From Pelomyxa schiedti (taxonomy: Eukaryota; Protista; Evosea), in the NCBI GenBank assembly GCA_020536535.1, contig JAHLWZ010000808.1, positions 62,001 through 126,000 of the forward strand: DNA of 64,000 nucleotides, read 5' to 3'. The translations under genes and the position numbers were made by a program. Positions 28,917-40,835 of this stretch are shown here, one piece after another; positions within the stretch are counted from its first letter, which is position 1, and every line of letters starts with the position of its first letter. The notes under the pieces were generated by a model. The model saw only the letters and a program-made list of their open reading frames with translations, searched no databases and was not told the DNA's origin.

Positions 28917-29647
28917 TCATCCCCATACAGCCGAGCCATTGAATGTGTAGCCCCCAATTGGTGGTGGCATCAAAGACGGGGGAAGTGAGTCCTCTATTGC
29001 CTCCAGCTGTGGTGGAATATGATAGACAGTTGGAGGATGTACAGTGGCTGTTGAGTGTTTTTCTGTTTGCGTTGAGTTTGCTTCGCCACTAGATTTTGTT
29101 TCCCCAACGGTGGTGTCTTCACTGTCGCACTGCGTCTGATCTTTGAAATGAATGGTGATAGTAAATAGACGGAACAAGTTAGAAATTCCAGGTTAATTAA
29201 AAAGTATCATCTTGTTAGCGCTATGGTGGGTGCTGATTTTTTTTAGTAAAAATTAGAATGCGTAAGATAGCGGAATATTACCATAGTGAGCAGCCAGTAC
29301 TTCGTACGAGTGTGAAAAGCGGCACTCCGCACCCTGTAGGCAGATGCCAGTACGAAGAAGTTTCTGACAGGGCATCACAGTCCTCCTTGGTCTCTCGGGT
29401 GGCATGTCTGTGCATAACAACCAATCCTTGTGTTAAAAGAGAGACATAAAATACGTTTGGCGCACGACTGCACCTTGAACAGTAACAAAATAACCACACA
29501 AAACATAAAAAGGGTACATTTGTAGGCATCGTAGTGAAGTTTAACAAGGTTTTTGTGCCTGGGACTCTCAAAGTGCTTTTTTCGATTGGCAACCGAGTAA
29601 TTGAAGTACTTTTGGCAGTGGTCGCAGTAATACTTCGGCAGAGGCAT
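28917..29647 (-). CDS. ZMAT5: Zinc finger matrin-type 5 / U11/U12 snRNP 20K protein
   Basis: N-terminal matrin/U1-type finger MPLPKYYCDHCQKYFNYSVANRKKHFESPRH..HYD. Exon 2, in a frame not shown in the ORF track, adds the CCCH finger PCQKLLRTGICLQGAECRFSH. This two-finger layout is typical of ZMAT5 and not of U1-C. Confidence 0.8.
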
Positions 29648-29773
29648 AAAAAAAAAACCTCCCCGTTATGATGCTGTCTTTTCCTTTTTTTTGAAAATTT
29701 TCCAGATGAGATAGAGGGTACTGGCTTCTATCTGTTGGTGTTTTTGAGGGAGTTCTATGTGGGAGGCACTGGA

Positions 29774-31171
29774 TTATGACGATTTGCTTGTTGTTTTTGT
29801 GGTGGTTTGTGGGGGTGGGTTTGGGCTTTCAGAGGCGGCTAGGCACATTCTTGCTATTAGTCCAAGAATTTGTGTAAGGGTATTCACACTATCAGCACCA
29901 GTAACAGCGTGGGATTCCGACAGTAACCTCATGAACTGGAGTTTGAGGAACTCATTCCACTCTGATGATGACTTTAGCACCCTAAACCTAGCCAATGATG
30001 TGAGATGGTCCTTTGAATTCCCTGCTGACAGGGTGGAAATGAAGTGCATACATAGTAGACATGATATCGGAAGGAGTATATCCGTGCCAAACAAGTCTCA
30101 CACACTCATCAGTGGCAACATTCAAGTCCATTGCGGTACAAGCATTTATGATTGCACGCACAGTGGTGGGATGAGGTTGATCGGCAACCTTGAATACATT
30201 GTCCTGGGATACAAGTCCAAACCCAAGGAAGGTGGCATGAAGATTGTTTATTGCCTGCCGCATGTCACCTGGTGATGTGCCATAAGCTAAACGACTTGTT
30301 GTGAATCATGTACCATCAGCCGTGAATACCAAAGCCTCGATACCATCGCCAGTAAATGATACATTCTCTGCATTTATTATTTCTCGGAGTCTTTTGGTTA
30401 TCTATTTTATAATAGCACAATTAACACGAATTTACCACCAAAAAAGGGTAAAGAAAAAAGGACCTGCATATCAGTCAATCTGGAAAATCGAAGCACTGCA
30501 CACCTACTTTGAATTGGTTCTATGATGTCATTGCTATAGTTGCATGCGAGAGCAAATCGGGTTGTATTTGAATGAACTTCCATGGTCCTTCTCATGGCCT
30601 GCTGGGCCGCAACAGTCATACTGTCTGCTTCATCCAATATGATGATTTTGTGCCGCCCTAAAAGGCATTGGTTATGGTAACGCGCACATGTGTATTGATG
30701 CTGGCTGATAAAAACCTGGAGGAAGAGTGACCTGCTTATGTGCGAAAATCTTGATTGTGTTCCTTACTACATCAATACCTCGATCGTCGCTTGCATTTAG
30801 TTCCATGACAGCATTTTTGTATGTCACATCACCAGGACTGCCACCAAGCAATTCACGGGCCAGACACAGTATACTCGTTGTTTTACCACTACCAGGGGGT
30901 CCAGATATGATTAAATTCGGCATATTACCTTGCTTTGCAATACACTTTCGGGTTTTTTTGTTTTGAGTTATGAGCGTGGTGCACGTGCACCCACAATTAT
31001 GAAGGGAGTGGGTTACCTTGAGTCGCGTAACAGTGTCTTCGTTGCCCACAACGTCGTCCAACGTTCTCGGTCTGTATTTCTCCACCCACGGCATGTCCTC
31101 GTCTTCAGTGGTTTAGAACAAGCACGCCGACCGACTCCCAAACCTGCCACACTGGCTGTTGCAGCCGCCAT
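29774..31171 (-). CDS. RFC2: Replication factor C subunit 2 (human RFC2 / yeast Rfc4)
   Basis: [17 protein letters not shown] (Walker A), [28 protein letters not shown] and IIEPIQSRC. Short first exon MAAATASVA splices to DEDMPWVEK. Confidence 0.93.
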
Positions 31172-31230
31172 GAGTTCAAATTTTTTGTTTTTTTTTCATT
31201 TCCGAGATCTGCAGCGGAACCGAAAGTGAT

Positions 31231-31758
31231 ATGGGCAAGCACCGCCACGGAAAGCACCCGCACAGCAACAACAAACACAACAAACACAACAAGCAAGACA
31301 AACACCCGAAGAAAGCTGCGCAGTGCCTAGCCGCAACATCCTCCGCCAGTATCGCCCCAGCACCGCCTTCGACCACGCCCACGACGGCCCCGCGCGTCTA
31401 CCCTCCGTCCCCGACCTCAACCAGCAGCAGCACGCCGCAGCCTCCACCCGCTCCCTCTGCTTCTCCCGCCGCCAGCAGCCCACCACAACGGCAACAACAA
31501 CAACAACTACTAGATGCAGAAAGAATGCACAGACTTCTGCCAGAGGAAGAGATGCAAACCACCTGGCAACAGTTAATTCACCTCGGAGGGTGCATCAACG
31601 TCTACGTAAAAGATGCACTTGCAGTGCCGAACACACTATGTGCGCAGCTTAAGAAGAGCCAGAAAAACGATAGAAATCTTAAAACTAAATTAAGACACGC
31701 ATATAACTTCTTCCTGTTGCGAAGCTTCAGAGCACTCGAAAATTACAACTATGGCTGA
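31231..31758 (+). CDS. Hypothetical 175-aa ORF (basic His/Lys N-terminus, Pro/Ser/Gln-rich); may be the 5' part of the next gene
   Basis: ATG lies 59 bp from the RFC2 ATG, in divergent orientation, with a GC/C-rich start like other first exons. The 3' part may contain an intron. Confidence 0.5.
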   Translation: MGKHRHGKHPHSNNKHNKHNKQDKHPKKAAQCLAATSSASIAPAPPSTTPTTAPRVYPPSPTSTSSSTPQPPPAPSASPAASSPPQRQQQQQLLDAERMHRLLPEEEMQTTWQQLIHLGGCINVYVKDALAVPNTLCAQLKKSQKNDRNLKTKLRHAYNFFLLRSFRALENYNYG

Positions 31759-32331
31759 ACAACAAGGCAAATTAAACGCTTTGAAAGTATTTCCCTTTTT
31801 TTTCCCCCAACACACTAACATACCTCCTCTGGTAGGAAATAAACAGCAGGACCACTGCTGAAAGTTGCCGATTAAGCCAAGAGAATGAAAGCGTCACAGG
31901 TACGCACTTAGCAAAGTAGCCTGGTCTAACTCTTTTTCAATGCCTTTTGAAGAACTGCTGAAGAAGTTTAAGAAAGAGGTTGATGAAAGGTTGAGTAAAC
32001 TGGAGAGAAAGACTGTTGAGTTGGAGAGAAAGACTGTCGAGTTGGAAAAAAAAACCACTGGATTGGAAAGTGTGAAGAAGGACCACACTGCACTTGTTGA
32101 GCGTGTCACAGTTCTAGAGGTCTGAGACTCTTTCATACAAACATTATTATTAACCAATCGCAGAACTTCAAGAAGAAAACTGAGGAACAAATAGCCATTG
32201 CAGAAATGGCCACCCATCTGTTTACATATGTTGGACAACAACTAAATGTTGAAACTCCGGTTCCCTCTTCCAGTCTGCCCCTAGAATGCAACAGTGACTA
32301 CAAGTTTCAACTTTGCTCAATGATGCCCTAA
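31751..32331 (+). CDS. Hypothetical coiled-coil protein
   Basis: Three GT-AG introns join MAEQQGKLNALK|EINSRTTAESCRLSQENESVT|ELLKKFKKEVDERLSKLERKTVELERKTVELEKK...LE|NFKKKTEEQIAIAEMATHLF. The 3' end is uncertain. Confidence 0.55.
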
Positions 32332-32519
32332 AACGCAAACTCTTGCTTTTTGCAGGTTTGTTCTTGTTTTTTTCTTCCTTACCCAATTCTAAGCAGGACA
32401 AATCAACACCACAAGCACAGTTCACGGGCACTGAAGGGCAAAGCTTAGGATCAAGAATACTGTTAAAAAAAAACTGCTGGAGAGTGGCAGCAATGCTTCA
32501 ATTTTCAATACTTGAAATT

Positions 32520-34507
<1,988 letters not shown>

Positions 34508-34851
34508 CTTCCTTGTGTTGTTTGATTTTTTCTAATTTTTTCGTTGTTTCTGGTACAGCGACGGTTTTCTAGATAATCAGGCTTCTTTCCTCTGAAATCG
34601 CTGCTTTTTCCTCGGCAGAGATTCGCCTCGCACCCATCCACTGTTTCTGACCAAGGGAGTGCTGGATTCATCTCATGCACGGACCCCAAGCCGAGTTAAA
34701 CTGAAGCCAGTTGACATTCCTGACTTGGCGAGATAATCAACAGACCGGAAAGCTGTACTTTTCGTTATCGTCGTTCAGGATCGGCGGTCTGGTGTTTTTT
34801 TTTATTCAGCCACTTGGCATAGATTAGCATAATAACAACCCCGTGGAGTGA

Positions 34852-36133
34852 ATGGAGAGCATTGCGGCGCTTGGTGCGGAGTGGAATACAGCGTGGAGAT
34901 CTGCGTCGGTGGCGGTGCATGATGCAGTAAGCAGATCCAAGTCTCGTGTGATGCAATACGACTCGGTGACAATCGACGATCAGTTGCACGAGATCATTAT
35001 GTTCCATCTAAGGAAGTCCCTCAAGCTTGCTCCTGCACGTGCCTTTTTTCTTTCTTTTGTTTTTTCCCTTTCTGTGGTTTTTTTTCATTATTAGGGGCGA
35101 ACTGTTTTATATGGTTTTTGCTTGCTTTACTTGCTCTAGCACTAATGGCAGTTGTTGTAAAACCAATAGGGGGATACCCTTTCGAAATACGAACCAGAGA
35201 TTGTACTTCTAATGTCGGGGCTGGTATGGTGGTTTACTGTTGGGTACGGAGGTGCTCCATATGGAGCCAGACTGAACAACCTCGACTTGGTTAGGGCATC
35301 ATCTCTGCAGCCAGTCTCCAGGAAGATACTTGCTGCCCACGGTATTATGACCGTTGGAATGAGGTGGGCAAATGATAGAGGTATCTCCTAACAAGTAGCG
35401 TTTTCTTAAACTCATGTACCCTTCTAAAAAGGCTCGCAAATGATGATTGAGAGGGGTTGGGCACACAAGGTATCCCCATTTTTCTTTTTATGTTTGACCT
35501 TTGCTTAATTATTCTAAGTTAAATCACAGAGAGATGTAAGAAGAAAGATATGGGCTGCAAAAAATGCCATTGAATCTGCTGTTAAAGCTGCCTCACTTCT
35601 TAACATACTAGCTTTTCTTTTTCAGGGCAGGTAAATATGATATCATTACATTCAATTTATCTTTCACAGGTACATCTCACTAACAAATCGTGTGCTTGGT
35701 GTTACACTCAAGGCTCACTACTCACCTGAATTCCAGCGGGTAATGATGTTCGATGCCATGAACAAAGAAGTAGTCTGGGATACCTTCACTGTATGTGTCT
35801 CCTTAGTATATCGCTTCTGATTGTTTTTAGGAATTCCTTGCATTCATGGCTCCACTTGTTCGGTCGGGGTGGGCCAATTCTGTGTCATCCCGTCTACGAA
35901 ATTTGCTGTGGGTTAAAAAAGCACCCACCAAACCCAGCATCCAAGTGAGTGTAAACAGTCCACAGTGTGCATTTTGTGGTTCCGCGGCAGTCAATGGCTG
36001 CACAATTGGACCTTGTGGTCACACTGCATGCTACTATTGCGTTGGTACAGCCCTGAAGAGAAATCAAACAACTTGTCCACAGTGTGATGCCCCGCTACAC
36101 AAAACTCCCACTCGTTACAAGAAAGCCTTGTGA
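34852..36133 (+). CDS. PEX2: Peroxin-2 (Pex2/Pex12 N-terminal region plus C3HC4 RING)
   Basis: RVMQYDSVTIDDQL, YEPEI, PYGARLNNL, AFLFQGRYISLTNRVLG and MMFDAMNKEVVWDTFTEFL, plus RING CAFC..CGHTACYYC..CPQC. Confidence 0.85.
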
Positions 36134-36184
36134 GTGTACAGGGGAAAAAAGTTCTAAAGTAATTTTGTGTTTTTTTCAAAATCA

Positions 36185-37448
36185 TCACATAAGGTAAGAT
36201 AACGCTAGTTCAGGGTTGTTTCCTGCCAGTTGCAAAGCATTCTCCACATTAGTACGAGGGAATCCCATTTCCATCAGAAGTGTGATGTTCTCTTCCGTGA
36301 CGGTTACTGTTGCAGAGGGGGTTGTTGGGGGTGGTGTGAATGTGCTGAGTGCACTGACATTCTCACTGTCTGCCGCCCCGAGTGTGATTACACCAAAGTC
36401 AATTTGTGCTGGTGTGCGGTTGAGGAATGTATTCTGAATGATTGCGGCGGCATCGTATATGAACCTTTCTGCAGTGGTGGCACAATGCACGATTGGGGAA
36501 GGGCGGGCACCATCCTGGAATTGGAGTTGGTATTCTCTTAAGAGAATATGGTGCACTTACTAATTCATACAATTTTCCATTAGCGTGGACAAAGCATATG
36601 AAATGGTAGTTGACCTTTTCATGTTTTGTGTACTAATTAACAAGTTAGAAGTGTGAAAACACGTGCGCTGGCATACATCTGTCTGGCCCTTCTTCGCCAC
36701 AATATCGTGTGCAGCAGCAATGCCTTCGCATAGTCCAAGTGACTCGCCGCGGTCATGTGGATTCATGGCCGCTGTGTGTTCAAAGAAATCACTCAGAGCA
36801 CCTCTGCCTGTACCGAAGGTAATCTTATGTGATAGTGAGTTACTTTCTGGGAACCTATTTCGATTTTGTCTCGATTGTTTGCTAGAGCGTGAACAACTAT
36901 TGATAGGAGAGGTATTAATTAAAGGAAACAAAATTTTACTACCTGCAATGGATCCACAAGCATTGCTCACCATTTGGTGCATGAAATAGACACTCCCTTC
37001 AGCTTCTTCCCTGGATGTCTCCGGCAAGGGCCTCGTCCTTTCCTAGAGGAAATGGTTTTACAATCAGTCCCTTTATGCCAAGTCACAGAGAAGAATAAAG
37101 AAACTTACATCGATTTTCCTCCAAGGGTAGACCAACAACAAAGCCACACAAGGAGACGGCACGAAGGCAAGCTGGTCTGGGCTGATACTGTAGCAGTCAG
37201 TAAAAGACCACTTCCTGCTCACCCCCAGATTGTATATGAACTATATCACAAAGTCAAATGGGCGTTATTATCAGTGACACAATGTGTTTCTAGTGCCAAT
37301 TCCTTTCCCACTCACTTTCGGGCGGAATTTTTACAAAAGCAACTGAGGCGCAACACCTCAGCCACAAAAATCGTAAGAGGAGTACCTCGTTCATCACTTC
37401 GGGGTTGGACTCGAGTGCAACCCACCGCGGCTTACGCACCCCTGCCAT
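36185..37448 (-). CDS. Ubiquitin C-terminal hydrolase (C12, UCH-L3-like) with C-terminal UBA domain
   Basis: RWVALESNPEVMN, QMVSNACGSI (Cys), YHFICFV (His) and YELDG (Asp). C-terminal ITLLMEMGFPRTNVENALQLAGNNPELALSYLM carries the UBA MGF motif. Confidence 0.9.
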
Positions 37449-37758
37449 TTCAATATTTGGCTTTTGACTGGAAAACAACAACCGGCACTGAGAGACCTCG
37501 ACCAAGCCAAGGTAGACCCATGAGATACTATAGGTTCTCAGCTGAGTTTTGATGACTGAGATAACACGAGGAGTGTTGGACAGTGAACTTCTCAGCTACG
37601 ACTAGCAGGGAAGAAGCCATCAAAAAAACTTTGTGATCGAGTTCGTCGCAATCTTCGCCAAACGCTTTCGGCATCTGAACCGGTAAACAACACCGTCACC
37701 AACAAACCACTCCACAAACAACGACCCCCGTCCCATAACCCATTTCGGCCCTCCCTGC

Positions 37759-39864
37759 ATGTCGTCGTCCCGAAGGAACAGCCTAGCGTCGGGCAACGGT
37801 AGCAGCACCAGCCACCACCAGTACAACCCCACGCCCCCAGGCTCGCCCCCGAACCCCTTGTCCCCGTCCCAGGCCCCTCCCTCCGCCTCCGCCGCCGCCT
37901 CCTCCTCCTCGTCCATCTCCAACCCCTCTGCCTCGTCCTCCTCGGCCTCCTCGCTGCTATTCACGACCTCCCAGCTGCGCTCGTCCGTGTCCACGTGCGC
38001 CCTGCAGCAGCAGCAGCAGCAGCAGGGGGCGCCCTCGTCTTCGGCTGCAGCGGCGTCCTCGTCCTCCTCGGCGTCCGCGTCGCCGTCGCACGCGCCGCAC
38101 GGGAGGACGCACGCGCACACGCCGTCGCACCACTCCACGACGTCGTCCTTCTCGCGGCACTCGGAGCCGTCTCGCCCGCCGCTCTCGTCGTCCCCGCTCA
38201 TCATCGGGAGCTACCGCGAGGCCAGCCCCAGGCTCGCCACCTCGGCCTCGGAGAGGGACAGAGAGAGGGAAAAGGACAGGGGGGACAGGGAGCTCAGAGA
38301 TAGGGACCGGGACCGGGATAGGGATCGGGGAGGAATGCGGGATATGGATAGGGATAGGGACCGGGACAGAGACAGAGACAGGGATAGGGACAGGGACAAT
38401 AGATTGCGAGATAGGGACAGAGATAATAGGTCGCCACCAACTCCTCCGGCTAGGTGCCGATCACGTTCTTCGGCGGCAATTAACTTGCCTGACGGAGACT
38501 TAACTGAAGGCTATGGCGACCTTGTGTTACACCGCACTGCGCGATCACCTAATGGACTTGACCCTGCAAGCCCTCCTTTGCTTCCACCATTGTTGTCACA
38601 GCCAAGCTCGCCTGCTACATCATCGAAAGGGACACATGGAGCTGTGGCTCCTCTGAAAGTCCGGCTTACCTTAAATCAGACTGGTCATTCTCATTCCCAT
38701 GCACATGTTCATACAAGCACGCATGCTCATGGACACAATCACACTCACTTGAGGGATGACTACAAGCATGACTCCTTTAGTGTTAGCTCTGAAAGTTCCG
38801 AGAAGAAAGAGGCAAAATCTGGTCACAATTCCTCAGATGCAGACAAAGACAACACGTTTCGTGACGACCGCCGTGATAGATATAAGCACCACCATAGAAA
38901 ACCAAAATCTTCAACCTCTCTCTCCCCATCTTTGGAAGAGTCTTCCACACCACCCCTACCATTACCAGAAGCGGAAGTGGAATCCCCTGAGGCTCCCGAG
39001 CCACAGCCGATTCAGGCCACACGGAAATTGCCAACCCAAATTGAATTAATTCAGCAACACTTGAAGGAAGGACACCAGCCTGGCACCCAGGAAAATCTAG
39101 AATCTGAGCTGAACTCACGAGCACAAAGAAGTGATTCTGATATGTCAACTCTTGACATTCACGCGGCTCTGGCAGTTAAAGAAAAGGAGCTTGCCTCTCT
39201 GATTGGTAGGTACAACTACATCAAATTGCTTTTTTGATCTCTGTCAGAATTGGTTACAATTAAGAAGACTACTTGCAGCCAACTCCTATTAAGGAAACTG
39301 ACATTAGTCTCTGACATAGCTGAACTTAATAAAGTCAATTCTACCCTACGAGGTGACTTGTCCATTTGACTAAGATATCCACTAATGAAATTTTTGACAG
39401 AGAAAATTGCTACTTTTACTGAAGAAGGTATTGCTGTAGAGTACGAAAATGAATCCACCGCCCAGCATAACTCGTTCCTGCAAGTTATATCACACCTACA
39501 GGGTGTGGTTGGGAACTTGGAATCATGTGTCTCTAATATAACAGCTAATACCAAAAAGGTTCGTTTACGAGGTTCTCCTTCACACCCCTTATTCTATTCT
39601 GCAGAACTTCACAAATATAAATCTTGTACAAATGGGCAAAATGGTGGAACAGAGGGAAGTGCACATTGAGGACTTGAACAAGTCACTCAAAAAGTCACTA
39701 GGAATAGTTGAGGAGGTCAAAGCCTCAATACAACAAGAGAGGACAGGTGGCTCCCTCTTCAATACACTTTTTTTTTTTTAATCAACAACATAGAGAGTGA
39801 TAAGGTAGAAGCCAATGTAACACAGAAGTTAAAACTACTTGATGGCCTGGGTATGAAGCACTGA
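37759..39864 (+). CDS. Hypothetical protein: Ser/Gln/His-rich and RD-repeat N-terminus, coiled-coil C-terminus
   Basis: 492-aa first exon, then short GT-AG-flanked exons giving a heptad-rich sequence (..VEQREVHIEDLNKSLKKSLGIVEEVKASIQQE..). No family recognised. Confidence 0.6.
38256..38430 (+). repeat. Arg-Asp dipeptide repeat (AGGGAC/CGGGAT/AGAGAC hexamers)
   Basis: ERDREREKDRGDRELRDRDRDRDRDR...RDRDRDRDRDRDRDRDNRLRDRDRDNR. Confidence 0.9.
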
Positions 39865-40280
39865 AAAACAAGTTGTAAGAAGAGGGAGTGCCTCAAGCTT
39901 GTAACAATAGTAGTTAGTACTTTTGTTTTGGTACTACCACCTCTGAAGGTGATTTTTGCGAAATAATATTTACCTGTCACTCTTCCTTTCGGCTGCTTTT
40001 TTTCTCATTCACGTAGATCCCTGCTGGGCGAAAACACCCCTAATTTCTTCCTTGTCTGGTCTTGTGTCTTGAGTAGCTTGCATTTTTGGCTCTAGATGTG
40101 CAGATTCTGATGTCGCTGAAAATGTCACTCCCGGTTAAGTTAAACTCGAGGGAATCAGGGAATTTAGGGTTCTGCACTTCCCGCCTAATCATTCCAGCTT
40201 ATTTATCAAAACAAGAAAACAGGCAGATAAAAAAACAAAAAAAGGAACTAAGCTGCCACTTCGAACCCCAAACGACAACG

Positions 40281-40737
40281 ATGCCGACTGAAGACATTGT
40301 CTACAGCGAGAAGTACACTGACTCTGTGTACGAATACAGGTGGGCATTGTGGGTTTCGAACATGTTTCAACACTGAGAAATACAACTTCCCATTTGTTCA
40401 TTTCGTTATGATTGTTGGGCCAGCATTCCCACCACACCCCACAGCATTTGTGTTGTTCCCCATCTCAAATTGGAAGGGTAATGTGTGCGTAGGCATGTGA
40501 TTTTGCCACCAGATATCTCTGCCCTCCTCCCAAAGGACAGGTTATTGACTGAGGAAGAATGGAGAGGTGCGGGTGTACAACAGTCATTGGGCTGGGTGCA
40601 TTACCTGTATGTTCGCTATCGATTGTTCCCCTAATTCTGAGACACTTCCCAAAAGGATTCACAAGCCGGAACCACACATTCTCCTATTTAGGAGGCCCAG
40701 ATCTGACATCAACGCCACCGCACCGCGCCACTACTAG
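40281..40737 (+). CDS. CKS1: Cyclin-dependent kinase regulatory subunit (Cks1/Suc1)
   Basis: Three exons give [15 protein letters not shown]|[29 protein letters not shown]|[14 protein letters not shown]. Confidence 0.96.
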
Positions 40738-40835
40738 GGAAACACACTCATGGGATGTCCGAACATTTTAAACCTTGTAAAACCTAAGCTAAACTTGTTA
40801 AAACACTGTGGTGAAAAAACCAGTTTTTTCCCTTC

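Noticed and set aside
35470-35530. Possible U12-type intron in PEX2 (donor GTATCCCC, TTGCTTAAT branch-like element)
   Set aside because: The donor deviates from GTATCCTT, and the in-frame acceptor is the more distal cacag, which puts the branch-like element further away than is typical for U12 introns. It is more simply a U2 intron.
40178-40185. E2F-like TTCCCGCC about 95 bp upstream of CKS1
   Set aside because: A single 8-mer with no matching site in the RFC2 promoter; it cannot be separated from chance without enrichment data.
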